64,000 nucleotides of DNA from the human T2T-CHM13v2.0 reference genome, Homo sapiens, in the NCBI RefSeq assembly GCF_009914755.1, contig NC_060925.1, one strand, 5' to 3'. Each line of letters begins with the position of its first letter. The first letter of the stretch is position 1. Of the stretch, positions 43,289 to 59,199 are shown piece after piece. The position numbers and the translations under genes are program-made. The notes beneath the pieces are model-generated. The model was not told where the DNA came from, did not search any database, and was given only the letters and a program-made list of their open reading frames with translations.

Positions 43289-46200
43289 CCATATTTTTGC
43301 ATTTGCGAATCGGGTGACGGTAAACATGCGTGTGCAAGTATCTTTTTCGTATAATGATTTCTTTTTCTCTGGGTAGATACCCAGTAGAGGGACTGCTGGA
43401 TCAAATGGCAGATCTACTTTTAGTTCTTTAAGGAATCTCCACACTGTTTTCCATAGTGGTAGTACTAGTTTACATTCCCACCAGCAGTGTAAAATATTCC
43501 CTTTTCATCACATCTACATCAGCATCTATTTTTTTTTTTTATTATGGCCATTCTTGCAGGAGTAAGGTGGTATTGTGTTGTAGTTTTGATTTGCATTACC
43601 CTGGTAATTAGTGATCTTGAGCATTCTTTCATGTGTTTGTTGGCCATTTGTATATCTTCTTTTGAGAATTGTCTATTCATGTCCTTTGCCCACTTTTTGA
43701 TCAGATTCTTTGGTGTTTTTCTTTCTGATTTGTTTGAGTTTTTTGTGGATTCTGGATATTAGTCCTTTGTCAGACACATATTTTGTGAAGAGTTTCTCCA
43801 ACTCTGTGTGTTGTCTGTTTACTCTGCTGATTATTTCTTTTTCTGTGCAGAAGCTTTTTAGTTAAGTCCCATCAATTTATCTTTGTTTTTTTGTCACATT
43901 TGCTTGTGGGTTCTTGGTCATGAACTTTTTGTCTAAGCCAATGTCCAGAAGAGTTTTTCTGATGTTATATTCTAGAATTTTTATGGTTTCAGGTCTTAGA
44001 TTTAAATCTTTGATTCATCTTCAGTTGATTTTTGTATAAGGTGAGAGATGAAGATCCAGTTTTATTCTTCTACATGTGGCTTACCAATTATCCCAGCACC
44101 ATTTGTTGAGCAGGATTTCCTTTCCCTACTTTTTTTTTTGTTTGCTTTGTCGAAGATCAGTTGGCTGTAAGTATTTGGCTTTATTTCTGGGTTTTCTATT
44201 CTGCCCCATTGGGCTATGTGCCTATTTTTATAGCAGTACAATGCTGTTTTGGTGACTATGGCCTTATAGTATAGTTTGAAGTTGGGTGATGTGATCTGTG
44301 ATCCCTTCAGATTTGTTCTTTTTGCTTACTCTTGCTTTGGTTATGCAGGCTCCTTTTTGATTCCATATGAATTTTAAGATTGTTTTTTCGACTTCTGTGA
44401 AGAATAATGGTATTTTGATGTGAAATGGCCTAATCTGTACATTGTTTTCAGCAGTATGGTCATTTTCACAATATTGATTCTACCCATCCATGGGCATGGT
44501 ATGTGTTTCCATTTGTTTCTGTCATCTATGATTTCTTTCAGCAGTGTTTTGTAGTTTTCTGTGTAGCGATGTGTCACCTCCTTGGTTTGGTATATTCCTA
44601 AGTATTTTGTTTTTGTTTTGCAGTTATTATAAAAGGGATTGAGTTCTTGATTTGATTCTCAGTTTGGTCACTTTGTGTATAGCAGTGCTACTAATTTGTG
44701 TACATTGATTTTGTATCCTGAAACTTTCTTTATTTATACTGAATTTATTTATCAGTTCTAGCAGCTTTTTGGATGAGTCTTTAGGGTTTTCTAGGTAGAC
44801 AATCATATCATTGGTGAACAATGACAGTTTGACTTCCTCTTTACTGATTTGAATGCCCTTTATTATTAATGTTGTCTGGTTACTCTGGCTAGGACTTCTA
44901 GTACTACATTGAATAGAAGTGTTGAAAGCAAGCATCCTTGTCTTGTTTCAGTTCTCAGGGGGAATGGTTTAAACTTTTCCCAGTTTAGTATAATGTTGGC
45001 TGTGCGTTTTTCATAAATGGCTTTTATTACCTTAAGGTGTGTCCCTTATATGCCAATTTTGCTGAGGGCCTTAATACTAAAGGAATGCTGAATTTTATCA
45101 AATGCTTTTCCTGTGTCTATTGAGATGATCATACAATTTTTGTTTTTAAATCTGTTTATGTGATGTATCACATTTATTGACTTGCATATGTTAAATCATC
45201 CCTGAATCTCTGGTATGAAACCCATTTGATCATAATGTATTATTGTTTTGATGTGCTGTTGGATTCAGTTAGTCAGTGTTTTGTTGAGGATTTTTGCATC
45301 TGTGTTCATCAGGAATATTGGTCTATAGATTTTTTGTGTGTGTTATGTTCTTTCCCAGTTTTGGCATTAGGGTGATACTGGCTTCATAAAACGATTTAGA
45401 AGGTTCCCTCTTTATCTTTTGGAATAGTGTCTATAGGATTGGTACAACTTTTTCTTTGAATGTCTGATAGATTCATCTGTGAATCTGTCTGGTCCTGGAC
45501 TTTTTGTTGTTGGCAATTTTAAAATTATCATTTCAATCTTGTTGGTCTGTTCAGAGTTTCTATTTCTTCCTGGTTTAATCTAGGAGGGTTGTATATTTCC
45601 AGGAATTTATCCATCTCCTCTAGGTTTTCTAGTTTGTGCATATACAGGTGTTCATCGTAGCCTTAAATAATCTTTTGTATTTCTGTGATATTGGTTGTAA
45701 TTCTCCCATTTTGTTTCTAATTGGATCTTCTCTCTTCTTGATTAATCTCACTAATGGTCTATCAATTTTGTTTATCTTTTCAAAGAACCAGCATTTTGTT
45801 TCATTTATCATTTTTTTGTGTTTCAATTTTATTTAGTTCTTCTCTGATGTTATTTCTTTTCTTCTACTGGGTTTGGGTTTGGTTTGTTCTTGTTTCTCTG
45901 GTTCCTTGAGGTGTGACTTAGGTTGTCTATTTGTGCTCTTTCAGACTTTTTGATGTCAGCATTTAATGCTATGAAGAGTCATCTTAGCACCACTTTTGCT
46001 GTATCCCAGAGGTTTCATTAGGTTGTGTCACTATTTTCGTACAGTTCAAATAATTTTTTAAATTTCTATCTTGATTTTATTGTTGACCCAATAATAATTC
46101 AGGAGCAGGTTATTTAATTTCCATGTATTTGCATGGTTTTGAGAGTTCCTTTATGAGTTCATTTCTGATTTTATTCTACTGTGGTTTGAGGGAGTACTAG

Positions 46201-49039
46201 ATATAATTTTGATTTTCTTAAATTTATTGAGACTTGTTTTGTGGCCTATCGTATGGTCTATCTTGGAGAATGTTCCATGTGCTGTTGAATAGAACATATA
46301 TTCTGCAGTTGTTGGGTAGAATTTTCTGTAAATATCTGTTGAGTCCATTTGTTCTAGGATATAGTTTAAGTCCATTGTTGCTTTTTGACTTTTTGTCTTG
46401 ATGACCTGTTTCGTGCTGTCAGTGGAGGGTTGAAATCCCCCACTATTATTATGTTGCCATCTAATTCATTTCTCAGGTCTAGTAGTAATAGTTTTATAAA
46501 TTAGGGAGCTCTAGAGTTAGGTGCATACATATTTAGAATTGTGATATTTTCCTGTTGGACTAGTTCTTTTATCATTATATAATATCCCTCTTTGTCTTTT
46601 TAAACTGTGGTCACTTTAATGTCTGTTTTATTTGATATAAGAATAGCTACTCTTGCTTGATTTTGGTGTTCATTTTCATGGAATATCTTTTTCCACCCCT
46701 TTACCTTAAGTTCATGTGAGTCCTTATCTGTCAGGTGAGTCTCTTGAAGATAGCAGATAGTTCGTTCGTGAATTCTTGTCCATTCCGCCAATCCAAATCT
46801 TTTAAGTGGAGCATTTACATCATTTACATTCAATGTTAGTATTGAAAAGTGAGGTACTATTCTATTCATCATGATAGTTGTTGCCTAAATACCTTGATTT
46901 TTTTCATTGTGTTATTGTTTTATAGGTCCGTTGAGATTTATGCTTTAAGGAGGTGCTATTTTGGTGTATTTTGAGGATTCGTTTCAAGATTTAGAGCTCC
47001 TTTGAGCAGTTCTTGTCATGCTGGCTTGGTAGTGAGAAATTCTCTTAGCACTTATTTGTCTGAAAAAGCTTGTATCTTTTTTTTTCATTTATGAAACTTG
47101 GTTTTGCTGGTTTTGTTTAAGGAGCCTAAAGATAGGACTCCAATCCTTTCTAGCTTGCAGGGTTTCTGCTGAGGAATCTCCTGTTAATATGATAGGTTTT
47201 CCTTTATAGGTTACCTGATGCTTTTGCCTCACAGCTCTTGAAATTCTTTCCTTTGTCTTGACTTTAGATAACCTGATGTATATGATGATCTTTTTGTGAT
47301 GAATTTCCCGGTTGTTCTTTGAGCTTCCTGTATTCAGATGTCTATATCTCTAGCAAGGGCAGGGAAGTTTTCCTCGATTAGTCCCTCAAATATGTTATCC
47401 AAACTTTTAGATTTCTCTTCTTCCTTGTGAACACAAATTATTCTTAAATTTGGTTGTTTATCATAATCCCAAACTTTTTGGAGGCTTTGTTTTTTTTTAA
47501 TTATTTTTCTGTCTTTGTTGGATTGGGTTAATATGAAAGCCTTGTCTTTGAGCTCTGAAGCTCTTTCTTCTACTTTTTCAATTCTGCTGTTGAGAATTTC
47601 CAGGTATTTTGTATTTCTCTAAGTGTGTTCTTCATTTCCAGAAGTTGTGATTGTTTTTTATTTATGCTGTCTATTTCTCTGGAGATTTTTCTGTTCATAT
47701 TCTGTAACTTTTTTTCATTTCTGTAAGTTGGTATTCACCTTTCTCTGGTGCCTTCTTGAGAAGCTTAATAATTGACCTTCTGAATTCTTTTTTTTTTTTT
47801 TTTTTTTTTTTGGCAATTCAAAGACTTGGTTTGGATCCATTGCTGGTGAGTTAGTGTGATCTTTTGGGGGTACTAAAAAACCTTGTTTTGTCATATTACT
47901 AGAATTGTTTTTCTGGTTCCTTCTCATTTGGGTAGACTATGTCAGGGGGAAGATCTGGGGCTCAAGGGCCGCTGTTCAGATTATTTTATCTCACAGGGTG
48001 CTTCCTTGATGTGGTGCTCTTCTCCTTCCCCAAGGGATGGGGCATCCTGAGAGCCAAACTGCAGTAGGTGTTATTTCTCTTCTGAGTCTAGCCACCCAGT
48101 GGAACTAAAGGGCTGTGCGCTGCTACTGGGGAGTGTCTATGAACAGTTCTGTGATGTGATCCATCTTTAGGTGTCTCAGCCGTGAATACCAGCACCTACT
48201 CTGGCAGAGGTAGTAAGGGAGTGAAGTGTACTCTGTGAGGGTCCTTGGTTGTAGATTTATTTACTGCCCTTATTTTGTGTTGGCCTCCAGCCAGGAGGTG
48301 ATGCTTTCAAGACAGCATGTATAGGAAGGATACAAGCTTGCTCTAGGGTTGTGTGGATAAGTATTCAGGTTTCTCAGGAGCTGGATGGGGCCATGGAGCT
48401 TCCAAGAGGTTGTGTCCTTTGTCTTCAAAGGTTTTCGGCTGTCTCACAGAGCCTCAGCAGCAAGCCCAAAAAAAACTTTTATATTTGAAGGAAATAATTT
48501 CACCATCTTTCTTTTTTCAAATTAAATATTCATAATAATTAGGAAACATCTTTTCTATTTAATTTATTATGTGTTAAGCTTATAGCTACACTTTCTAGGA
48601 TTTTGGTATTTTTCAGTCCTCACTGTATGATTTAACACATGGAATCCTAAACTTGATTTAAAATATTCCTTAAGACCTAAACTATTACACAGTATCTGAC
48701 ATCTATTTACCTTAGTTCTTAAAGTAAACATGAAAAACTTTATGTTAAAATTCCAGTCTAGAATATGATCAAACTCCTTTTCATTCATTCATTCATACTG
48801 AATTGTCAATTGTCACATTTCTATTTATTTGGTCATTCATGAATGAATGATATAGGCACACATAAACTCTGAAGATATAGAGATGAATACATCTCATATT
48901 TAGTATAATACTATTTCTCAACACATTCTTCCTAGAGAAACTATATATGATACTGATTGGCAGTGCAGAGGGAAGACAGGTTCTGAAGATTGTTAGTGTA
49001 TTCTCTTAAGCTCAACCAAGTCATCGCCTTAATTTCAGC

Positions 49040-50655
49040 TGCTCTTCAAGTTGTTGTCTCTATGCTAGAACAAATCAAAACAGCCTCTGTCACTTTGGAT
49101 GCAGCACTAGATCAAACAAATGCTTTCTCCTTTTTCCGATAAGTGGATAACCTTCAGGGCATTTGCTTTTACCTGGTAAGGACAGTACTGCATCTTCACT
49201 TTCTTCCCTCAAGGTTATATGACCTTCTAGCTCTTTGCCACAATTTAGGCTACAGGTTTTTGATAATATCCTTATTCCACAGGATGCCACACAGATTTCC
49301 TTATATTCATAGCATCATGCTGATAAGATCTGGGGAATAGTGGTTAGCATATAATCTTGATGCCTTATAAAGACACACGTGTGCTAATGGATAGGAGAAA
49401 AATATGACAATACAGGAGTCTTCCACCTCATTAAAGTTCCTGAGGGGTCCAGTAGTTATATCTTCTCCATAATTAAAGATAAGTTACTGCGTCTTACATT
49501 TTCTGCTATTAAAAGGGGTGCAATACTTATTAGTTGTCAGATTTGAGTAGAGCTCAGAGAAATAAAATACTTTTCAGATAATCCAGGCTGCTGTACAAAG
49601 AGGTGTGTCACTGGGTCTAAAATACCTGTCAGAGAACAAGATAGTTTATGGGGCCTGTGGCAAATCTCTATTAGAGAGTCACAGTAGAGGTCTCTAGGGT
49701 GTTGAAGAAAATCCATGTTTTTTTCAGAAAATAACTATTCTTCTTTTGAGAAATAGCCCCTTGGCCCTGAATGAACACCCAATGACATGAGCTTCCCATC
49801 ATAATGTTTAAAGGGTACTATTTGGTCCATCAAGCCTAGAGGTGGTTGTGCCCAGAAGTACTCCATTCCCAATGGATATGACATTCCTACAACGCTTCAG
49901 AAGGTCATAAAGCTCAAGAAAGTTACATAAGAAGAATTCTTACAATAGTAATATATTAACTTCTGATGCCAATAGGCATGTGTTAAAGAAACACATACAT
50001 GAAAAAGTCCCTTTGATCATGGAAATTTAATCATGGAAAGGTACCTTTGATCAACTGACTGAAGAAAAAAAATTAAACCAGATTTATAGACGGCTGTGGA
50101 GGATCTCTTAGCATTGACTAGGGTAAATTTTTCTGGTTGTCTACTTTGACCGAAAGAGTAGAAGATCTGAATCATTTAATCTATTCATAGATAGAGGCCA
50201 ATGATTTGGCTACATTGTCATGGACTACAAAAGAAAAATATTAGACAATCAATGGCCAGGAAGTTTGAGAAATAACTACAAGGGTTGACCTCTAAATGGA
50301 CCCAGAATTTGAAGATACTTTTGTCTCACGTAGCTGCTTAGTGAAGCCCCTTCTGTAGAGGTAGTTTTCAATAATCAAGATGGAAACCACTCATTCAATG
50401 ATTTTGTAATAAAGTAACCATGATAACAGGGATGAAGATTATGTGTGGGTTTTGATAACATGGACTTGTACTCACAAAAGATGACCTGGCTTCTAACAAT
50501 GTGTACGCAACAAATTTATCAGCATAGATGACCAACACTGAACCCCATTCACCCAGAAGTAGCTGGCATAATGGAACAGTAGAATAACCCCCTGATGAGC
50601 CAGTTATATCCCCTTGTAGGAAACAATGCCCTTCGAGGCTGGGGAGCTGTTTTCT
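49040..50655 (+). mobile_element. ERVL-type internal pol remnant (RT/RNase H/integrase), highly decayed
   Basis: Degenerate ERVL RT motifs: FTW.GQ, LPQGY, ALCHNL, YIHSIMLI (from YIDDIMLI), IQAAVQ, LWQ..I.ESQ, NYSSFEK. Confidence 0.78.
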
Positions 50656-50659
50656 GGAG

Positions 50660-51136
50660 CATGGCAGGATCCTAGCAGAAGACAGATGTTAAACTCATAT
50701 AGAATAATTGAGTAGAGTTTAATAAAGAAGATATTTATAAAGGTATGAACAGCGTGAAGGGAAATAAGCAGGAGTTGATGTAGAACCCAGAGATTGGCAC
50801 CAATAGGGAGCAGTTTCCACCCCTAGGCCTGAAGAGGCCCAGAAGAAGTAACCCAAACCCAGGAGAAGAAGCTGAATGGAGAGAGCTCACTGACAGCACT
50901 GACAGGAGCAGGAGCCTTAGAGAGGTGTAGCCAAACTGTTGTGACCCATCAGCAAGAGAGTCAAAGGAAGAAATTCTACAAACTCATGCTCCTACCCTCC
51001 AATCTCACAAAATTGGAAGCCAGAGGACAAGAGAGCCACTTGCTGTAACCCATAAATGCCAGATTCCCAGGGGACAGAGCAGGATGAGGAGAATAAGGAA
51101 AAGATTTGGAGGGGAAAATGAAAAACGCCCAGCCCA
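50660..51136 (-). mobile_element. LTR33-like ERVL LTR
   Basis: ggaagccagaggacaagagagcc...cagagcagg...ggaggggaaaatg matches reverse of recalled LTR33 start. Confidence 0.8.
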
Positions 51137-51659
51137 TATTCTGAACAAGTGACCAGCCTATTAAAGAGTGGGACTTCAGATATATACAGCAAGATATTCA
51201 GCACTTCATTTAAAAAATATATAAGGTTTTCAGACTTTCTTTAATCAGAATTTACTGCTACATGAAACAGCAATAGCAAAGAGCAAGAAGATACACCCAA
51301 ATTTCAAGGTCTATGAATTGGAAGGAGAGTAGGATGTAAAAGATGGGACAAAGCATATCCTTAAAACAGGTTTGCAGAAAATAGACACAGAATTGAAGAA
51401 AACAGAAAAACAACCAAATTACCAAGAAATGAAAGTAGGCTTTTTATAACACCTGTGGGTTTTTTTTGTTTGTTTGCATTTGACTTTTTGCTGATTACTT
51501 TAATACACTTATGTTTCTGATTATTCTAAGTCAATGCTAGACCACCACTATTCAAGATTTTATTTAAGATTTTGATTCACATTAGAAGATAGGTTTTTCA
51601 TTTTCATTTTAAAGGTAAGGAAGTATTTGAAATAATGAGGACGAGAGTTTATGGGTTTT

Positions 51660-52480
<821 letters not shown>

Positions 52481-54659
52481 TTTAGTTGTTAGTGTCAGCT
52501 GTGAATTCCCTGGTAAAGGTTCTGTTCAGGCAGGTCCTTATCTTCCTATTCAAATTTTCCTGGACGAGGTCTAGGCCACCCCCTATTCAGTGTTTCTGGT
52601 CTTGTCTTTACTTGCTTAACTGTGCTTCTATAATTAGCCACATCTTCTTGCTTTATATGAAGCAGCTCTCATGGTTCCTAAAAATCGATACAATGTATTG
52701 TATCTGAAAATGTTACATGTAATACTCATTAACATCTACTAGTAAATAACACTTTTTTGGGAGACCCATGAAATCCTTTGAGGTTTTTCTGGCCAAAGAA
52801 TGAAATATTGCCTAAAATAATTTTATTTACTCCATAGTACAAGCATTAACTGAAGGAAAGAAAACCAACTATTTAGGTGTGGATTATGATAAAGAATACA
52901 CTCCCCTTTTTAGTCTATACAAAATAGAGACTAATTTTTTTAATTACTGAAGATTGACAATGGCACTGCAGCAAAGTGACCCATATCAGTCTCAGAGGGG
53001 CAAGACTGAAGATAATAGATTGTTGATGATCTTTGCAGAAGAATAGCTGCCTTTCATTTATCCCCCAAACTGTTCTTGGATACTCGCTGTTTTAAGCCCA
53101 ACTCAGTGTGGAATTAGAGGAGGCAGGAGGTGAAGGAGGAAGAGAAAAGTATTAGTTGAAGATCATGGGGTTCTGGTCTACCCCTCTCTCTGTAACTTTC
53201 ATTACTTATTCCTCATTTATTGTTTTTATTAAATAAAATACAGTATAGTGTAGTGTTCAAGAGCACAGGCTCTAGAATTAAATTACTTGGGTTACGTTGG
53301 TGAATAAAACCAACACAAATCTGGTTCAATCATCTTTTTTCTTCATTATCTCACTGTTTTAGAATAACTTTAAAACACCACTTTAAGTGAAGCTGACTCA
53401 CGTTTGTGCAGGTGCACATGTGCTTCATGTGTGCATAAAACAGAAAGAGAAGAGAGAAGAGAAATTATTTGTAAAAGAATTCTATTAGGGAAATTCATAG
53501 CAGATAACCAAAGATTGGTAAGAGATGGTGAAAAATTTATTCAGGCAAATTATCTTTTCACTCATATCGAGGAAATGCATGTTTCTGAAGTACCAGGAGC
53601 GAGTATTATGATCTAACATTATCTCTCATTTTCAAACATTTGCAAAGCATGTTCTTGTTGTGCTCTAGGGTTGAGTCAGGAGTTGCAGCCATTTAAAAGC
53701 CCTCTGTCAAGGAGAAAATGTGATTAGACCAACTGCTTGCACCGACACTTAAAAATTAACTGCATATCTGTTTGGGGCAGGGGAGGCATTCCCTAAACAC
53801 TTGCTGGTTGGGAATGTTGGCTTTCGAATCATTACTTTGTATCCCTTAAAGGTACATTTTAACTGTTTTAATATGTGAGGAACAGGCCGGCCAAATTGTG
53901 CTTATGGCTTTTTAACACAAGCAATTTACAAATGCAATGAAGCAGATAATAGGACACATGATACCAAATTTGAAAATCTGTGTTGATGACACCGCTGCTA
54001 TAGAAACATTTTTGGAAGCAGTCCTGTATCTTGTTGCTTAGATAAGAAAAATGTTGTTTGTCATTTCACAGGTGGCCTCTTCTACCCAATGGTGAGTTTA
54101 GGGTCATGTCCTTGAGCACAAATCAATCCCTCTCATGATAACAATACTCCACTTAAAATCATCTACCATGAATGCACTCAACAAAGTAAACAGTAAAAAA
54201 CTCACTCAATACTAAAATATCTGCTCAAGTAACAGTGAAAACTAAATGCTTTCTTTTTAAAATGAAGACTTCCAAAATAAAAGGAAGTATATAGGTTTGT
54301 AATTTAATTTGTAAATATTTATATATTTGTAAAAAATGCAAAAGGACATTTAATACTAATTCTGGTTATAAATACAATGATAACATTTTTCATTAAGAAA
54401 AGGTTCCTGGAACAATTTAAAAAACAATAGAACTGGAATTTCTAAAAATTCTTACTTTTTAATTGGGAGATATGATTTTACTTGGCTAAAACAATGTTTC
54501 CAAGCTGTGATCTGATAGGTTCACTTATTTCCAAAAGTAGATTAACAGCACAATGTAATTTCCAGTTATACTCATTGCCAATTGCCAGTTTCCTCTTGCA
54601 ATGAATATTGTGGTCACACCACCAAGTTCCCAAATTAGAACAACAGGATGCCTAGTGAG

Positions 54660-55572
54660 GTACAGATGGTTATTATAAAAAAGACAAGAGATAAGTGTTG
54701 AGGAGATGTGGAGAAAAAAGGAATTCTTGTACACTGTTAGTAGGAATGTAAATTAGTATAGCCATTACGAATGATAGCATGGAGGTCACTCAAAAAATTA
54801 AAAATAGAATTATCATATGATCCAGCAATCCCACATCTGGGTATTTACCCAAAAGATTTGAACTCAGTATGTTGAAGAGATATCTGTACTCCCATGTTCA
54901 TTGCAGCATTATTCACAATAGCCAAGATTTGGAATCAATTTAAGTATCGATCAATAGTTGAATGGATTAAGAAATTATAGTGTATGTGTGCTTGTGTATG
55001 TGTGTGTGTATGTATACATACATACACATATACACACAAAATGGAATATTTTCAAGCCTTAAAAAAGAAGAAAATCCTGCCAAGTTGTGACAGCATGAGT
55101 GAACCTAGAGGACATTATGCTAAGTGAAATAAACAAGACATAGAAGAAAAGTATTGCGTGATCTCCTTTATATGTGAAATCTAAAATACTCCAACTCATA
55201 GAAGCAGAGAGCAGAACGGTAGGTGCCAGGATCTGGGGGTGTGGGAGAAATTAGGAGATAATGGATAAAAAGTAAGAACTTTCAGTTATAAGATGAATAA
55301 GTTCTAGAGATCTGATTTACAGCATTAACTACAGTTAATGATGTATTTTATTCTTGAAATTTGCTAAGAGAATATATCTTAACTGTTCTTTCCAAACTAA
55401 AACTCACTTACAAACAAAAGTAACTACGTGAGGTGATATATCTGTTAGCCTGACTGTGGAGATCATTACACAAGATATACATATACTAAAATACCAGGTT
55501 GTACACCTTAAATATATACTTTTTAAAATGTGTCAATCATAGCTCATAAAGCTAAAAAATTAAATTAAAAAT
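54660..55572 (+). mobile_element. L1MA (L1MA8-like) 3' end with (TG)/(CA) expansion
   Basis: tatgatccagcaatcccac...gatgaataagttctagagatct...ttgtacaccttaaatata. Confidence 0.88.
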
Positions 55573-56584
55573 GTATATTTATGTGTTTATTAGTAAGAGA
55601 AACTGTTCACTGCTTCTTTGTACGGACAGAATGAAAAAGTCATCTTGGAATTATCTTTGTTCTTCAGAAGGTCACTTGAGTGACTTCTCTTAGTTATGAA
55701 AATATGCTTTCTTCCTTCCTCATGTTTATTGGGATAGAGGAAGACTAACTTGCTTTAAGAGAAGGAAGAGATAAGACCTCAAACTTTTCTCCCTGAGATT
55801 TTAATTTAGGATAGATCAGATTGACTCTGAACTAGGTTTGCTGGACAAAAAGGATAAAAATACCCTCAAAGGGAACTTACTATGGAGGAAGAGACTGGGC
55901 TGGGGTCCTAGGCTTAAAAGCAGGGCCTAAGAGTAAGGGCTGGTTCTGATCAACCAAGAAGCCAGTTTGGATGCAGCCATTCTGACCCTTGTCATGCTTT
56001 GGGAACCAATGTTTGAATATTGGTGAAAGACTTAAAAAGCAGTAGTCTTGGATTGGGAGCCACTACAGTAGTGGGAAGATTAAGATGAGCAATGGACTAT
56101 GAAATGTACTAAATGGCACAACCAAAATGTCAGATCTCCAGAACAATACAAAGTCTCTACACCTAGGAACTGGAAATCAGATTGCTCCCTCCTTGGTGTT
56201 TTGGGAAAGTTTAGTCAGGAAAGAGTGTGATGTGCTAGATTTCCTTAAGTAATAAATGAAAAAATAGATGTGACTGTATTATTGCCCCAAAACAATAAAC
56301 ATATAGTTTAATATCAAAAATGATGAGGTAAATTTTGACTACTTTATTATTAACTATTTTGTTTATTCTCTACCTTATTCTACGAAGGATTAAGGCTGAA
56401 TATGAAAATTTAGCCTTATGTAATTATGTAAACTTCTTTCTTTCTCTACTTGGTATTTTCAGTTCCACTGTCTCCAGTCTCCAGTCAAGCCATGATGCCA
56501 TTCCTTTAATCCTTTGTACTGATCTATAAATTATCTGCATGTCAAGGCTCTTTACTGCTGTGCTTTGGCTTGGTTCATTTCTCT

Positions 56585-57440
56585 ATTAAAGAAGCAATCA
56601 CAAGCCTGACCGTATTCAAGGGGAAAGGATTGCAGATCCTACTTCTCAATGGGAAAAATGACAAAGAATTTGCAGCCATGTATTAAGGCTACCATTGTCC
56701 ACCCTCTAGCCAGTTTTTTTTTCTTTTTTTTTTTTTAATATTCCCTCCAAATGTAAATACACTTATCTTCTCTCAAGATCCCCAGAAGCTTCATCCAATT
56801 ACCTCATCAGGCTCTGGCTTAAGGTCTAGATCTCATCACCTAAGTCAGGTCCAAGTGTGGACAAGGCTCAGCAGGGTTAGCTACTTTCCTGAGGACAATT
56901 TTTTTTAGCTAGATCATTGAATTCATTAGGTACATTTCCTGCATCCCTCATTACCACAGCAACAGTGACGCCAGACTTTTCACCACTACATAGCGAGGTG
57001 CCCTGCCCCCCTGCTTCCAATCACATCTTTCTCATTTTCTTTCAAACTCACCGACAGCCTCCTCAAAACTCACGGGGTTTCTGAACACCACCTGGTCTCA
57101 AAACCAATGCCTGTATTGTAGGTTTTGTTAAGCCAGGATCCCACTTCCAGGTACCAAATTTTGTTCTGCTTATCTATTGTTGCACTCCCAAACTCACTGG
57201 CTTAATATAATAAATTTTTATTTTGCTCATGATTTGGGGTGTCAGGAATTTGGGGAAAGGCTTAATTCTCCCTTGGGATCTCTCATACAGTCAGGTGTTG
57301 ACTGGGGCTTCAGAAAACCCAACTGGGCTGATAGTGGACACTAATTATCCCTGGGAGCCCAGCTGAGCCTGTTGGCCAGGACTCCTCCACGTAGCTGCTA
57401 CACATAGCTTGAGTTTCTTACAGCATGGTGACAGAGTTCT
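56585..57440 (-). mobile_element. Internally deleted MLT1H-like MaLR (LTR part, internal remnant, LTR)
   Basis: gtattcaaggggaaagg..aaagaatttgcagccat LTR part; cccacttccaggtaccaaattt internal start; gtcaggaatttggg LTR. Confidence 0.7.
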
Positions 57441-57631
57441 GGTCTTGTTTGCATTAACTTTCTTGTTAACTTTTTACTTTCTCAGCTACTAGAGATAATT
57501 ACCCCTGGGAAAGGTTAAAAAAAGCAAAACCAAAACAAACTTTGGATCCTAATTTCAAGCACTTCCTAAGTAAATACAGTAATGAACTAAATCACCCAAA
57601 GAGTAATCAATTTAAAAAGAAAACAAATTAA

Positions 57632-57946
<315 letters not shown>

Positions 57947-59199
57947 TAAAAATTTATTGAATGTTAAAATTGTGCTATTATATTGTATACTTAATGATAG
58001 CAATAAGTATAGGAAAGAATAATTTGCATAATAAATATTCCTATTTTTTTTCTAATTAGTACAATAATTGAATAGTAACCATCACCAAAGTAGGACAAAG
58101 AAGGGCTATTACCATAAAGGTTAGTTTGATCTTTCAAGATTTGATTACTTCTACCCAGACTCCACTTCATCCACTTGAACAAAGGTTCTGTTGTTCATCA
58201 ATCAAATGTTAAGTGTCTCTGTTGCACTGAAGTATTACCCTAGCTGGCCATATTCCACATAAAGGGCAAAGAACAGTTTCTCTCAGCAGATTTTGTAAAA
58301 AAGCAAAACAAAACAAAAACAACAACAACAACAACAAAAATGTCTCTTCCATGGAAACACTTCTTTATGAAAAGATCATGGATGAAAGATAAGTCTACAA
58401 AGGCACTAATCTAATATAGTTGGCAAAAGACACCAAAATAACTGTAACACATCAGTGAAACTGACAGCATCATATTTGCTCAAATGAAGGTATATATTCT
58501 TTCATGGTAAAAAATCCTTAACACTTCTAGTAACCTCTGCCATAGTTTCCCCTCATGCTTCTTTTAGTCCAACATTAGATATAATCAAAGAATTAAGTTT
58601 ATCTTGAAATGAAGTCAGTAAGGCTATATATAGTTCAGGGATTAAAAAAAAAGTATATATATTTTGTAAACTTTGTGAGTCACTAATTTTAATCAGTGGC
58701 ACTGGGATTAATCTGGAGACATCACTGAATTAATTTACTACTCAACACAGTTTTTTATTGAGTAACATTTATCTGCCAATTTCCTTATGTGAATTAAGAC
58801 ATTTACAAACTGAATTTGGGGTTCTGGGAAAAAAAGGCAAATTTCTTATCTTGCTCCAGAGAAAATAATGGCATACACTCCTCTGTTTTGTCTACAGAAG
58901 AGTGGCAGTGGGTTTTCCCACTCTATATAAGGACACAAAGCATTTTTCTGTGGACTACATTAGACTGGCTTCGAGATACAGAGGAGAGACCTATTTGATG
59001 AAGGAATAAGGCCTCCTAGTGGAAAGATTCTGGTCACAGGATGAGATCTTTGTGAAGTTCCTGTGTGCAGTCAAACTTTAATAGACCAAATTATGGGTTG
59101 CCATGGAAATAATATTGTAAATTATATTGAAAAGAAATTTATTAAAATTCAGAACAACTCAGTTATACAATGGTAGCAAACAAACTACTACCCAGAACT

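Larger units (their letters stand above)
39630..48467 (-). mobile_element. Near full-length L1PB1-like element, sense to SLC44A5, interrupted by a VNTR and THE1D
   Basis: 3'UTR at 39660, ORF2 fragments (e.g. 46600-46872 LTLNVN..LQETH), ORF1 start (47715-47927), 5'UTR to ~48467; poly(A) signal at 39667-39672. Confidence 0.93.

Noticed and set aside
55730-56310. Possible additional ancient LTR
   Set aside because: Only a compositional impression; termini and family could not be established
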